Below the pieces are notes generated by a model. The model ran no database searches and was not told the origin of the DNA. It was given only the letters and a program-made list of their open reading frames with translations. The position numbers were made by a program, and so were the translations under genes. Shown in pieces: positions 1-9,423 of a stretch of DNA of 34,619 bases. How positions within the stretch are numbered: the first letter of the stretch is position 1; each line of letters starts with the position of its first letter. The stretch comes from a virus. Taxonomy: Duplodnaviria; Caudoviricetes. Location of the stretch: the IMG/VR virus record IMGVR_UViG_3300033181_000230, positions 1 to 34,619 of that record; one strand, given 5' to 3'.

Positions 1-504
1 ATGGACGACGAACGAGCCACCATCCTGCTCGTCGAGGACGACGCGGCGACGCGCACCTTCCTCGCCGACAACCTGACCGCGGACGGGTACGAGCTCCTCA
101 CCGCGGACTGCGCGCGAGACGCGATCCGCCTGCTCGAGACCAAGTACCCGGACCTCGCGCTCGTGGACCTCGGGCTGCCCGACCGCGACGGGCTGGAGCT
201 GGTGCGCCACGTCCGCACGGCTGACGGAGTGGCCGGCCGGGTGGATCCCGGCCTCCCGCTCGTGATCCTGACCGGCCGCGACGGCGCCCTCGACCGCATG
301 CGCGGGTGGGAGCGCGGCTGTGACGACTACGTGACCAAGCCCTTCGAGTACGGCGAGCTCCGCGCGCGGGTGGCGGCGCTCCTGCGCCGCGCCCAGCGCC
401 GTCAGGGGCTCGGCCGGCTCCGGGTGGGGCCGCTCGAGCTCGATCCGCCCGCGCGCGACGTGCGGATGCACGGCGTGCGCGTGGAGCTCTCCCAGAAGGA
501 GTAA
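1..504 (+). pseudogene. OmpR/PhoB-family response regulator, 3'-truncated (intact receiver domain, winged-helix domain cut off)
   Basis: Receiver motifs LLVEDD, LALVD(P-site)LGLPD, LTG and DDYVTKPF are followed by the linker and the first strands of the OmpR effector domain (LRVGPLELD...VELSQKE), then TAA. Full-length members continue about 60 aa further, typically with F after KE. Confidence 0.85.
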
Positions 505-630
505 ACGCCCGGTACTGGCGGTATCGTCCGTCGCCGGCCGGGTAGTGTTTTCCCTGCGTCGAGCGGGTTTTAGTGTCGAGCGAGTGTCCGTCCGCGCCCG
601 TGTGTGGTGGGGCTCATGTGTCCGTCTCGT
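490..630. other. Putative prophage attachment junction with arm-type repeats
   Basis: Host coding sequence ends at GAG-T|AA (499-504). The following non-coding DNA has GTGTCCGTC at 584-592 and 618-626 and a variant TCGTCCGTC at 524-532. Confidence 0.5.
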
Positions 631-693
631 ACCCGCCGCAATCCTGGAGGGGTGCCACGGCGCGCCCGATTGCGAACAGGCAGGAGAGAACCC

Positions 694-1422
694 GTGACCA
701 CGTTCCGCGATGACCTCGAGCGCGACCGCCAAGCGAAGTCCCCGACGGTCGCGGCTGTCGTCGCCTACGCAGCGAAGCTCCGAGGGGTAGCCGACCACCA
801 GACCGCCGCAGATCCCTACGCTCACCCATATCGTCCGTCGGAGGCCGCGGCACGGAAGCTCTCTCAGCGCCTCGGGCCGGATGGCGCTCTTGAGCATCTC
901 GCCCGGCAGGCGCTCAAGGCCCGCACCGTCCAGGCGGAGCAGGAGACGCTCGCCAGTCGCGCCCAGGGACGGCATGAGCGGCACCGCAAGCAATCAGACC
1001 GCGACGCCGACCGGGAGCGGCAGGGACTCTCCCTCGGCCGCCGGCTGGATATGGCGCTCGCTTCTCTCCAGGTGATCTCCTCCGCCCCGGTCGGGAAGCC
1101 GACGGGGGACACGGTGCACGGCGGGGAACGCGACACGCGCCCCCCTCGGTCGGATGATCCGGGTAGGCGCGCGTCGCAGACCGCGACATTGGCGGTGAGG
1201 ACGGTGGAGCGCGAGCTGGATCTGGCGCGCCGCCGGCAGTTGCAGCAGGTGGGCCGGTTCACGGACCGCGACGAGCGCCTCCGCCAGCTCGGGGGCTTGG
1301 ACGCGGTTCAGGTGTCGGTCGCGGACCCGGCGCAGGGGACGCCGCGGATGGTCAGAGAGCGCCGGCGGGAGCTGGGGTTGGACGTCGAGACGGGGGCGTC
1401 GAACCGCCGGGAGGCGGCATGA
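694..1422 (+). CDS. Hypothetical phage protein, possibly with a C-terminal HTH-like region
   Basis: GTG at 694 follows AGGAGAG, in frame with ORF 604..1422. The stop overlaps the next ATG (ATGA). Confidence 0.55.
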   Translation: MTTFRDDLERDRQAKSPTVAAVVAYAAKLRGVADHQTAADPYAHPYRPSEAAARKLSQRLGPDGALEHLARQALKARTVQAEQETLASRAQGRHERHRKQSDRDADRERQGLSLGRRLDMALASLQVISSAPVGKPTGDTVHGGERDTRPPRSDDPGRRASQTATLAVRTVERELDLARRRQLQQVGRFTDRDERLRQLGGLDAVQVSVADPAQGTPRMVRERRRELGLDVETGASNRREAA

Positions 1423-2177
1423 GCGCCGAGGTTCTAGAGCCGGCCGGGGGGCCTGTTGCGGAGCAGGGCTTGGGTGCGCTTGCGGCGACGGTGAACCAGG
1501 AGCATGCCGCGGCTGAGCGCGCGGCGGGGTCGGCGTTGGCTCACGCGGTCGCCTCCGGGGGGGCGCTGGTAGAGGCGCAGCGCAGGGTCCCGGCGGGGCA
1601 GTGGTTGCTCTGGGTGGATCGGAACGTCGAGGTGTCCCGAGCCCGGGCACAGGTATACATGCGGCTAGCCGTTCACCGTTCTGTGCTTGATGCCTCTCTG
1701 AGCGTTACCGGAGCTGTCGCCACATTAGCTGGACTTCCTAGCGTAGGGCAGGGGGGGAGATATCCGCCAGTGCGGGAGGAGGTACGGCAGGCAGCGTGTC
1801 AACTTCGCGCCGAGGGGCAGCCGGTGTCGGTGATTGCCGAACGGTTCGGTGTCTCCATCGGCACGATCTACCGATGGGTAGATCCGGCGGCTCGTGAGCG
1901 GGCGGTTACAGCCGCTCGCCTAGCGCATCGCCGTCAAGGGGTTGCTCTGATCGCTCTCCGCGAGCAAGAGCGCCAGCGGGAGATCAAGCGAGCGGTTCGC
2001 AAAGCCGGCGCCGCAGTCGCCGAACTGTACGCCATGACCGAGCGGCAGCAGGACGTCATCGCCCAGGCGCACCGCGAGACCACCGACACCGAAGCCCGAA
2101 GGGAACTCAGCCTCATCGGTGAGGACCACCGCCGGATGCGAGACAGGATCGTCCGCGTCCTCGGGATCACTACATGA
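1419..2177 (+). CDS. DUF3102-like domain plus helix-turn-helix DNA-binding protein
   Basis: GGALVEAQRRVPAGQWLLWVDRNVEVSRARAQVYMRLA resembles DUF3102. LRAEGQPVSVIAERFGVSIGTIYRWV is a classic HTH. Confidence 0.7.
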   Translation: MSAEVLEPAGGPVAEQGLGALAATVNQEHAAAERAAGSALAHAVASGGALVEAQRRVPAGQWLLWVDRNVEVSRARAQVYMRLAVHRSVLDASLSVTGAVATLAGLPSVGQGGRYPPVREEVRQAACQLRAEGQPVSVIAERFGVSIGTIYRWVDPAARERAVTAARLAHRRQGVALIALREQERQREIKRAVRKAGAAVAELYAMTERQQDVIAQAHRETTDTEARRELSLIGEDHRRMRDRIVRVLGITT

Positions 2178-2272
2178 GCCGCTCTAGCAGCTAGTCGTCT
2201 GAGCCCCGTGTATCCTCCCGCGTGGGACATGGGCGGAGACGTATGCCCGCTCCGCCTTCTCGGTGCCCCGCG

Positions 2273-2539
2273 ATGATTCAGCACACCTTCAACGCCGTGC
2301 AGGTCCGCGTCGACCCGCTCCCCGACGGTGACCGGCAGCTCGCGATCCTGCATCCCGATAGCGATAGCGATAGCGGCGAGGTGTGGCTGCTGCTTCGGTT
2401 GGACGCCGCCGCCGCGAAGGCGCTCGGGCACACGCTAATCACCGGGGTGGACTGCCTCACGAGCCACGATCCGACCAACGGCAAAACTACCCGCCGGCAT
2501 TGGCCGGGCGCTGGTTGTCGGGAGGGGCGTCACCCGTGA
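2273..2539 (+). CDS. Hypothetical protein (start uncertain)
   Basis: ORF MIQHTFNAVQV... within 2222..2539 fills the gap before TerS. Confidence 0.4.
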   Translation: MIQHTFNAVQVRVDPLPDGDRQLAILHPDSDSDSGEVWLLLRLDAAAAKALGHTLITGVDCLTSHDPTNGKTTRRHWPGAGCREGRHP

Positions 2540-2562
2540 GCGCCATCGATAAGGGGGGGCGG

Positions 2563-2997
2563 ATGCCTCGAACACGGCGAACACCTAAAAGGGCCGGGGA
2601 CTGGAAGCCCGCGTTCCTCCAAGCGTTCCTCGAGACCGGCCTCATCGTCGCCTCCTGCGACCGCGTCGGCATCGGCCGCACCACCGCCTACGAAGCACGC
2701 CAGCAGGACGAGGAGTTCGCCCTGGCGTGGGCGGACATCGAGGAGCGCGTCACCGAGCAGATGGAAGCCGAGCTCAAGCGCCGTGCTGTTGACGGCGTCG
2801 AGAAGCCCGTCTTCCAGGGCGGCAGGCACGTCGGCTCGGTGCAGGAATACTCCGACACGCTCCTGATCTTCGCCTTGAAGGCCCGGCGCCCGGAGAAGTA
2901 CCGGGAGAACGTGAGGGTGGAGCATGGCGGCACGGTCCGGCACGAAGGCCTCGAAGCGCTCTCAGACCGGGAGCTCCTCGCCAAGCTCGCCGAGTAG
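2563..2997 (+). CDS. terS: Terminase small subunit
   Basis: WKPAFLQAFLETG...GIGRTTAYEARQQDEEFALAW...RRAVDGVEKPVF...YSDTLLIFALKARRPEKYRE is a typical TerS pattern, and the gene is directly upstream of TerL. ATG 2563 follows a G-rich RBS; GTG 2536 is an alternative start. Confidence 0.85.
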   Translation: MPRTRRTPKRAGDWKPAFLQAFLETGLIVASCDRVGIGRTTAYEARQQDEEFALAWADIEERVTEQMEAELKRRAVDGVEKPVFQGGRHVGSVQEYSDTLLIFALKARRPEKYRENVRVEHGGTVRHEGLEALSDRELLAKLAE

Positions 2998-4438
2998 GCG
3001 CCTCACTCCCGCGGAGCGCGCGGAGGCGATCAGCCGGATCTACCGTCGCGACCCGGTGCTCTGGGCCTCGGAGGTCCTCGGCGTTCACTTGTGGAGCGCG
3101 CAGTGCAGGATCGTGGAGTCGGTCCGCGATCATCGCCGCACGGCAGCGAGGGCGGGCGTGGGGGTCGGGAAGACGACGGCGGCCGCGGTGTGCGTCCTCT
3201 GGTTTCTCGACACCCGCCCCGATAGCCGGGTTATCAGCTCGGCGGTCACGTTCGCGCAGGTCGAGGCGGTGTTGTGGGCGGAGCTCCGCCGGTTGTGGCA
3301 CGACGCCTCGAGCAGGCCAGCGGCGAGGAACCGGCCCGTCTTCACCGTCGAACCCTTGCGCACCCGGCATGAGCTGCCGGATGGCCGCTACGCGCTCGGC
3401 CTGTCCCCTGATCCTCACCGGGTGGAGGGCTTCCAGGGCCATCACGCCCCGAACATTCTATTGCTCATCGACGAGGCGTCGGGCGTGCATCAGTCGATCT
3501 TCGACGCGGGCACGGGGTACATGACGACCGCCGGCGCCCGCCTCCTGCTGTTGGGGAATCCGACGAGGCCGGACGGCGAGTTCTACGCCGCGTTTCATCA
3601 TCGCCGCGACTCGTATAACCCCATCGTCATCAGCGCCCTCGACTCCCCCGGCATCACTGGGGAGGGGGTGCCGCAGGCGGTTCGCGACCGGCTTCCCTCC
3701 AGAGAGTCGATCGAGGATTACCGCCGCATGTACGGCGAGGGGTCGGTCATGTGGGATGTTCGTGTCCTCGGCCAGTTCCCCCGCCAGTCCTCCGACGCCG
3801 TGATCTCCCTCGGTGACGTCGAGGATGCGCAGGCCCGCGAGATCGAGCCGCACTTCAACGATCGCGTTGTCGTCGGCTGCGACGTCGCCCGGTACGGGGC
3901 GGATGAGACGGTAATCGCCGTCCGCCACGGCCAGCGCGTCCGGATCGTGGAGCGTTACGTCGGGAAGCCGACGACGCACACCGCCGCCCGGATCGCCTAT
4001 CACTACGCGCAGTACCCGGCGCCGCACACGAGGATCGTCGTCGACGACGTCGGGGTCGGCGGCGGGGTCACGGATCAGCTTCGCGCCGAGGGACTTGAGG
4101 TCGCGCCCTTCAACGCGGGGGCGCAGGCGCATAACCACTTGAAGTTCCCGAACCGCCGCTCCGAGTTGTGGTTTCAGCTCGGAGCGCAGCTCCCCGATCT
4201 TGACCTCGACCCGGACGAGCAGCTCGCGGCTGACCTGACCGCCCCGAAGTACTCCTACGATTTGAAGATGCGCCAGGTCGTCGAGGCGAAGGACCGCACG
4301 AAGCAGCGGCTGGGGCGTTCCCCGGACCGCGCGGACGCGGTGATGCTCACTCTCGTCGAAGCCCCAACGATGATCGTGCCGGACCGGGGCAGGGTCGAGC
4401 CGATGTTGACCGCGGGGCTGCGCGACCGTCCGCTCTAA
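2924..4438 (+). CDS. terL: Terminase large subunit
   Basis: Walker A GVGVGKT, Walker B LLLIDEA, coupling motif LGNP, and nuclease acidic motifs GCDVARYGADET and SPDRADA. Confidence 0.93.
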   Translation: MAARSGTKASKRSQTGSSSPSSPSRRLTPAERAEAISRIYRRDPVLWASEVLGVHLWSAQCRIVESVRDHRRTAARAGVGVGKTTAAAVCVLWFLDTRPDSRVISSAVTFAQVEAVLWAELRRLWHDASSRPAARNRPVFTVEPLRTRHELPDGRYALGLSPDPHRVEGFQGHHAPNILLLIDEASGVHQSIFDAGTGYMTTAGARLLLLGNPTRPDGEFYAAFHHRRDSYNPIVISALDSPGITGEGVPQAVRDRLPSRESIEDYRRMYGEGSVMWDVRVLGQFPRQSSDAVISLGDVEDAQAREIEPHFNDRVVVGCDVARYGADETVIAVRHGQRVRIVERYVGKPTTHTAARIAYHYAQYPAPHTRIVVDDVGVGGGVTDQLRAEGLEVAPFNAGAQAHNHLKFPNRRSELWFQLGAQLPDLDLDPDEQLAADLTAPKYSYDLKMRQVVEAKDRTKQRLGRSPDRADAVMLTLVEAPTMIVPDRGRVEPMLTAGLRDRPL

Positions 4439-4456
4439 GCCCGAGGGGGTGACGCC

Positions 4457-6538
4457 GTGGCCCCCGGGCTCCTCACCGCCGCCGACCGCGTCCGCCAAGC
4501 CACGAGCGGGCCGCCGACCAGCGAGATCGGGACGGTCACCTACGGCAGCATCTCCGCCTTCCCCTGGACGTCGTTCATCGACTTGGACGAGCGGGTCCCG
4601 GAGCTGGTGTGGCCGCGGTCGGTCCGCACGTTCGACCAGATGCGCCACGACGCGCAGATCAACGGGCTCCTCCTCGGCACGACGCTCCCGATCCGGCGTT
4701 ACCGGTGGATGCTCGACCCGAATGGCGCCCGCCCCGAGATCGTGCAGGGCCTCAGCGACGACCTCGGCCTGCCGGTCAAGGGGCAGGAGGCGGAGCACCG
4801 AGGCCGCTCACGGGGCAGGTTCTCCTTCGACGCTCATCTCGCCGAGGCGCTCCTCTCCCTCGTGTACGGCCACTACTTCTTCGAGCAGGCCGGGACGATC
4901 GAGGCGGACGGCCTGTGGCATCTGCGCAAGCTCGCACCGCGCCCCCCGTTGTCGATCAGCCAGATCGAGCTCGCGCCCGACGGTGGCCTGTTCGGCATCC
5001 GTCAGCTCTACGCCGGCGCCAACCCGCTAGATCCGTTCGAGCCGATCCCTGTCGACCGCTTGGTGGCGTACCCGTGGCAGAAGGAGGCGGCGCACTGGGT
5101 GGGCCGCTCGATGCTCCGCCCCTTGTTCAAGCACTACGTCCTCAAGGACACGCTCCTCCGCGTCGACGCGATCAACCACGAGCGCGCCGGGGGGGTGCCG
5201 TGGGCGGAGGGCCCGCCGGGTGCTGACCGCAAGCAGCTCGAGGACCTCGGCGCGATGGCGCAGTCCTTCCGCGTGAATGAGACGGCGGGGATGGCGCTGC
5301 CGAACGGCGCGAAGATGAACATGATCGCCCCGCCCAGGGGGAGCGTGACGACGATCGACTCGATCAAGTACCAGGACCAGCAGATGGCCCGTTCGTTCCT
5401 GATGATGTTCATGGAGCTCGGGCAGACCGAGACCGGGTCCCGCGCGCTCGGCTCGGAGTTCATCGACTTCTTCGCCCTGTCCCAGGAGACGATCGCGAAG
5501 TGGTTCGCCGGTGTCTTCTGCGAGCACGTCATCGAGGACTGGGTGGACTGGAATTACGGGGAGCAGGAGAACCTCGTGCCGCTGCTCACCTACGAGCGGG
5601 AGGATGACCCGTCGGTCGCCATTGGGGATCTCGTGTCGTTGATCGCGGCGGGCGCTGTGCAGGTCGACTCCGAGCTCGAGGATTCGCTGCGCGACCGCTT
5701 CGATCTGCCGGAGAAGGGCGACCCGCGCCCAACTCCGCCCCCCGCGGCCGCGGCGAAGCACCGCCATCCCGGCCGGGCCGCGGGCCGTGACCCGCTCGAG
5801 CATGAGACGCACGTCGACTTCCTCGGGCTGCAGGCCGCGTGGGAGACGCAGCTCAGCACGATCCTTGCTCACTGGCAGGGCGTCACCTCCGCGCAGGTCG
5901 AGGAGCTCCACGGCCAGATCGCCGCGGCGAGCACCCCCCACCAGCTTGCCGGTCTCAGCGCAACACCCGGCGGGGCGGATGAGCTGGCCTCAGCGATGCA
6001 CTCTCTCGCCGATCACGGTGCGAACGCCGCGGTCTCGGAGGCCGTCGCGCAGGGCCGCCCGATCACCGCGCCGGACATGGGCGCCGCGAAGACCCGGTTG
6101 ACGGCACGCGCGGGCGCGACGAGCGAGCTGCTCGCATCGTCGCTCTCGGAGGCCGCGGGCCGCAGGGCACTGTCGCTGACCGGGAGTGCGCTCACCCCGA
6201 GCGACGTGGCGACCCAGACCCGCGACTACCTCACCGGGCTCTCCGACCAGTACTTGCAGGACCAGCTTGGCGGCGCGCTCACCCAGGCGCAGGCCACCGG
6301 GCGACGCGAGGTGTTCTCCAAGAGCAACCCGACCGCGATCTACGCCTCCGCGATCCTCGATAACAACGTGTGCGTCCCGTGCGCACAGACCGACGGCCAG
6401 TACTACCAGTCGCTCGCCGACGCGGAGATCGACTTCCCGTCCGGCGGGAACGCCGACTGTGAGGGCGGCCCGCGGTGCCGCTGCAGCCTGATAGCGGTGT
6501 ATGAGGCCGGGGACGTTCAGACCGTCGAAGGGGGCTAG
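4457..6538 (+). CDS. Portal protein (DUF935/Mu gp29-like) fused to a C-terminal MuF-like head morphogenesis domain
   Basis: Follows TerL; portal-like N-terminal ~420 aa (GRSMLRP, GSRALG); Pro-rich linker; C-terminal CVPC...CEGGPRCRC typical of MuF/minor capsid proteins. Confidence 0.82.
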   Translation: MAPGLLTAADRVRQATSGPPTSEIGTVTYGSISAFPWTSFIDLDERVPELVWPRSVRTFDQMRHDAQINGLLLGTTLPIRRYRWMLDPNGARPEIVQGLSDDLGLPVKGQEAEHRGRSRGRFSFDAHLAEALLSLVYGHYFFEQAGTIEADGLWHLRKLAPRPPLSISQIELAPDGGLFGIRQLYAGANPLDPFEPIPVDRLVAYPWQKEAAHWVGRSMLRPLFKHYVLKDTLLRVDAINHERAGGVPWAEGPPGADRKQLEDLGAMAQSFRVNETAGMALPNGAKMNMIAPPRGSVTTIDSIKYQDQQMARSFLMMFMELGQTETGSRALGSEFIDFFALSQETIAKWFAGVFCEHVIEDWVDWNYGEQENLVPLLTYEREDDPSVAIGDLVSLIAAGAVQVDSELEDSLRDRFDLPEKGDPRPTPPPAAAAKHRHPGRAAGRDPLEHETHVDFLGLQAAWETQLSTILAHWQGVTSAQVEELHGQIAAASTPHQLAGLSATPGGADELASAMHSLADHGANAAVSEAVAQGRPITAPDMGAAKTRLTARAGATSELLASSLSEAAGRRALSLTGSALTPSDVATQTRDYLTGLSDQYLQDQLGGALTQAQATGRREVFSKSNPTAIYASAILDNNVCVPCAQTDGQYYQSLADAEIDFPSGGNADCEGGPRCRCSLIAVYEAGDVQTVEGG

Positions 6539-6541
6539 CCC

Positions 6542-8050
6542 GTGCCCGACTATGTGACGGTCGAAGGCGTCGAGCTGATGACCGCCGGGATGCAGTGGCC
6601 CGCCCAGTCGGGCGACGTGACCGTCACGCTCGAGCACCTCGCGGACATCGCGCGCGCCGGCAACGACGACCCGTTGATCCGGGCCGCCCGCATGAAGATC
6701 GGTCACGGCCGGTGGCAGTTCACCGGTGAGCTCGGGGATCACGACCCGTTCTGGGGTGGCGAGCCGGCGTTCGGGACCGTCACCAACTTCCGCCTAGGGA
6801 ATGACGGTGCGGTCCTGCTCGGGGATCTCGTGGAGGTCCCGGCGTGGCTTGCTGATGCCATCCCGTCCGCGTGGCCCTCAAGGTCGGCGGAGTGGGCGTG
6901 GGATGTGCAGACCGAGGGCGGGAAGCGCTACTCGGCGGTCCTCACCGCAGTCGCGTTGCTCGGCGCTTGGCAACCCGCGATAGCTGACCTCGAAGACCTT
7001 CAACGGGTGCTCGTTCAGGGCCCCGACGATCTGACACCGGCGAGCGCCGGGAAAGGAGACGGCATGCCTCAGGCGAGCGTCTCGGTTGACACGGTGTGGC
7101 AGCGCTTCAACTTCGACTGGACGACGAGCGAGCCGGTCGACGGGGTGGACACCTACTGGTGGTGGGCGCGCGACATTCGCGTCGACCCCGCCGAGGTGAT
7201 CGCCGACGACGACGCGGGGAATCTGTGGCGCGTCCCGTACTCCACCGATGGCGAGGACGCCGTCGCGTTCGGCGAGCCGGTCAGAGTCCGCGAGACCTAC
7301 GTCGACGTGCCCCAGCCCGACGCCGCTCCCCAGCCTGCCGCTGCGTCCGTTGCCCCTCGGGCAAGGGCGGGGCAGCGTGTGCTCGCCGCGTTCTCCGAGC
7401 GTCCCTCGAAGCCCAAGCCCGTAAATCCGGCCGCGTCCGAGCGGTCATCGACACAGGAGGAGCCGACCGTCATGGACGTCGACACCACGGTCCTGCGTCG
7501 CCGACTCGGCCTTGCCGAGGACGCGACGGAGGAGCAGATCACCGAAGCACTCACCGCCGAGACGCCCCGTCCCGACGCGCCCGTCCCGGCGCCCGAGGGG
7601 CCGACGCCGACCCCGGACCCGCAGCCGGTGCCCGATCCGGTCGTGCCCGGCCAGGCGCCGGCCGTGACGCCGACCGCCCCGGCGGCGCCCACTACGCCAA
7701 CCCCGGCGACGGTGAGCGTCAGCCAGGAGGTGTGGGACGAGCAGCAGAACCGCCTCGAAGCCCTCGAGACCGAGCGCCAGGAGCGCGAGGTTGCCGCTGC
7801 CACGGCGCGCCGCGACGGTGTCGTCTCGGCCGCGGTGAACGACGGGCGGATCGCCCCGGCGGAGCGCGCGCACTACCGGGAGCTTCTCGACGTGGACGAG
7901 GCGAAGGTCACGACGCAGCTCGCGTCCCTGACCGCCGGGCGTATCCCCGTCGGCCGTGAGCGCGGCGTCCCGGCCGCGGCGTCCGGCGTCGATGCCCTCC
8001 TCGAAGTGTCCCGTCGCCGGATGGGCCACGCGACCCAGAACGGAGCCTGA
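6542..8050 (+). CDS. Capsid maturation protease / scaffold fusion
   Basis: N-terminal KIGH...GEPAFG...PSRSAE protease-like region, Pro/Ala-rich linker, and helical scaffold tail (AVNDGRIAPAER). Confidence 0.75.
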   Translation: MPDYVTVEGVELMTAGMQWPAQSGDVTVTLEHLADIARAGNDDPLIRAARMKIGHGRWQFTGELGDHDPFWGGEPAFGTVTNFRLGNDGAVLLGDLVEVPAWLADAIPSAWPSRSAEWAWDVQTEGGKRYSAVLTAVALLGAWQPAIADLEDLQRVLVQGPDDLTPASAGKGDGMPQASVSVDTVWQRFNFDWTTSEPVDGVDTYWWWARDIRVDPAEVIADDDAGNLWRVPYSTDGEDAVAFGEPVRVRETYVDVPQPDAAPQPAAASVAPRARAGQRVLAAFSERPSKPKPVNPAASERSSTQEEPTVMDVDTTVLRRRLGLAEDATEEQITEALTAETPRPDAPVPAPEGPTPTPDPQPVPDPVVPGQAPAVTPTAPAAPTTPTPATVSVSQEVWDEQQNRLEALETERQEREVAAATARRDGVVSAAVNDGRIAPAERAHYRELLDVDEAKVTTQLASLTAGRIPVGRERGVPAAASGVDALLEVSRRRMGHATQNGA

Positions 8051-8053
8051 GAC

Positions 8054-8479
8054 ATGCCCGTCAACATCTGCTACGAGCTGTTCACCGAGGTCGACGACGA
8101 TCTCTCTGTCCGCGCGACGGCGAACGTCGTCGGCAAGACGTTCGGCGCGATCAGCGCCGACATCCAGTCCGGCCCGGCGGTCACCACCACGGCGCTCCCC
8201 GTGACGTGGGACGGCGGCAACTTCCAGGCCGCGACGTGCGGCGCCGGGGTCAAGGCGGACGGCGTGTTCGCCTACGACGCTCTCGCGGGGCAGTTGCTGC
8301 CGCTCAAGGCGCCCGGCAAGATCGTCCCGGTCACCGCCGGGGCCGCGATCACCGCCGGGCAGGAGGTCCAGTCCGACGCCGCCGGCAAGGCCATCCCGCT
8401 CGCAGCGGGTCGCCCCTGCGGCAAGGCGTTCACCACGGCAGCGGCCAACGCCGACTGCTTCGTCCGCCTCTACGCCTAA
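8054..8479 (+). CDS. Capsid decoration/cement protein (DUF2190-like)
   Basis: VPVTAGAAITAGQEVQSDAAGKAI...GKAFTTA pattern, located between scaffold and major capsid genes. Confidence 0.75.
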   Translation: MPVNICYELFTEVDDDLSVRATANVVGKTFGAISADIQSGPAVTTTALPVTWDGGNFQAATCGAGVKADGVFAYDALAGQLLPLKAPGKIVPVTAGAAITAGQEVQSDAAGKAIPLAAGRPCGKAFTTAAANADCFVRLYA

Positions 8480-8493
8480 AGGAGGCGATCCAG

Positions 8494-9423
8494 ATGCCCG
8501 ATAACCCCATTCCGTACCCGCTCGACCCCGTTGTCGTCGGCGGGACGCTCATCACGCTCGACCAGTACGTCAACGCCCCGACGGTCATCACCCGCCGGGT
8601 AGCGGAGATCGCCGCCCAGCGGTTCTTCGCGTCGAAGGTGTTCAGTCCCGGCCCGGCGATCACCGGGGGAGCGCTGCTCTTCGAGCGCCCCAACCCGCTG
8701 CTCACCGACCTGTACGCCGCCCGCCGCACGCAGGAGATGGCGCCCGGCACGCAGGCCCCGGTCCTGACGTTCGTCAGGGGCATCCCGATGGTCGCCCGCC
8801 CCCGCAAGATCGGCGGGAAGTGGTCGCTCACGAAGGAGGAGCGGCAGCGCAACAACCCACGTCTCGCCGAGCGAGCGATGGTGCAGATGGCGAACACCAT
8901 CACCCGCGACCTCGAGATCATGGCGCTCTCGGAGCTCAACGCGGTCGTCGCGTCGGAGGGCCGCACGATCGCGGCCGGTTCGACGTGGGCCGCCGCGGCC
9001 GCCACGACGTTCGGCACCCGGACGGCGGCGAACCAGCCGGCGTCCGACATCGCGAACGTCGTCTCTGCGGTTGACGTGGAGGAGCGCGGCCACGTCCTGA
9101 ACTCCGCGATCTTCAACCCGCTCGACTGGGCGAACCTGAAGAAGATCTACGCATCGCTGAACGCCGGCAACGGGGACGCGAGCGCCCGCGCAGTGCTCAC
9201 CGACAACGGCATTACCACGATCGACACGACGCCTCGTCAGCCGCAGGGCCGCGTGAAGCTCTACGAGGCCGGGATGGTCGGCACGTGGAGCAACGAGTTC
9301 CCGCTGACGGAGACGACATGGTTCGATGAGGAGACCGACATGACGTGGTGGTACCAGAGCACGGTCTCGCCGGCGTTCGCTGTCGATGACCAGTTCGCCA
9401 TGCTCGAGCTGGTCGGCGTCTGA
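8494..9423 (+). CDS. Major capsid protein
   Basis: ATG 8494 after AAGGAGG; 309 aa; expected gene position and capsid-E-like features. Confidence 0.8.
   Translation: MPDNPIPYPLDPVVVGGTLITLDQYVNAPTVITRRVAEIAAQRFFASKVFSPGPAITGGALLFERPNPLLTDLYAARRTQEMAPGTQAPVLTFVRGIPMVARPRKIGGKWSLTKEERQRNNPRLAERAMVQMANTITRDLEIMALSELNAVVASEGRTIAAGSTWAAAAATTFGTRTAANQPASDIANVVSAVDVEERGHVLNSAIFNPLDWANLKKIYASLNAGNGDASARAVLTDNGITTIDTTPRQPQGRVKLYEAGMVGTWSNEFPLTETTWFDEETDMTWWYQSTVSPAFAVDDQFAMLELVGV

Noticed and set aside
1837-1849. CCGAACGGTTCGG palindrome as a second SOS box
   Set aside because: The spacer is 1 nt rather than 4, and it lies inside the HTH coding sequence.
2357-2374. (GATAGC)x3 microsatellite
   Set aside because: Short and frame-preserving (DSDSDS); no evidence of a switch function.
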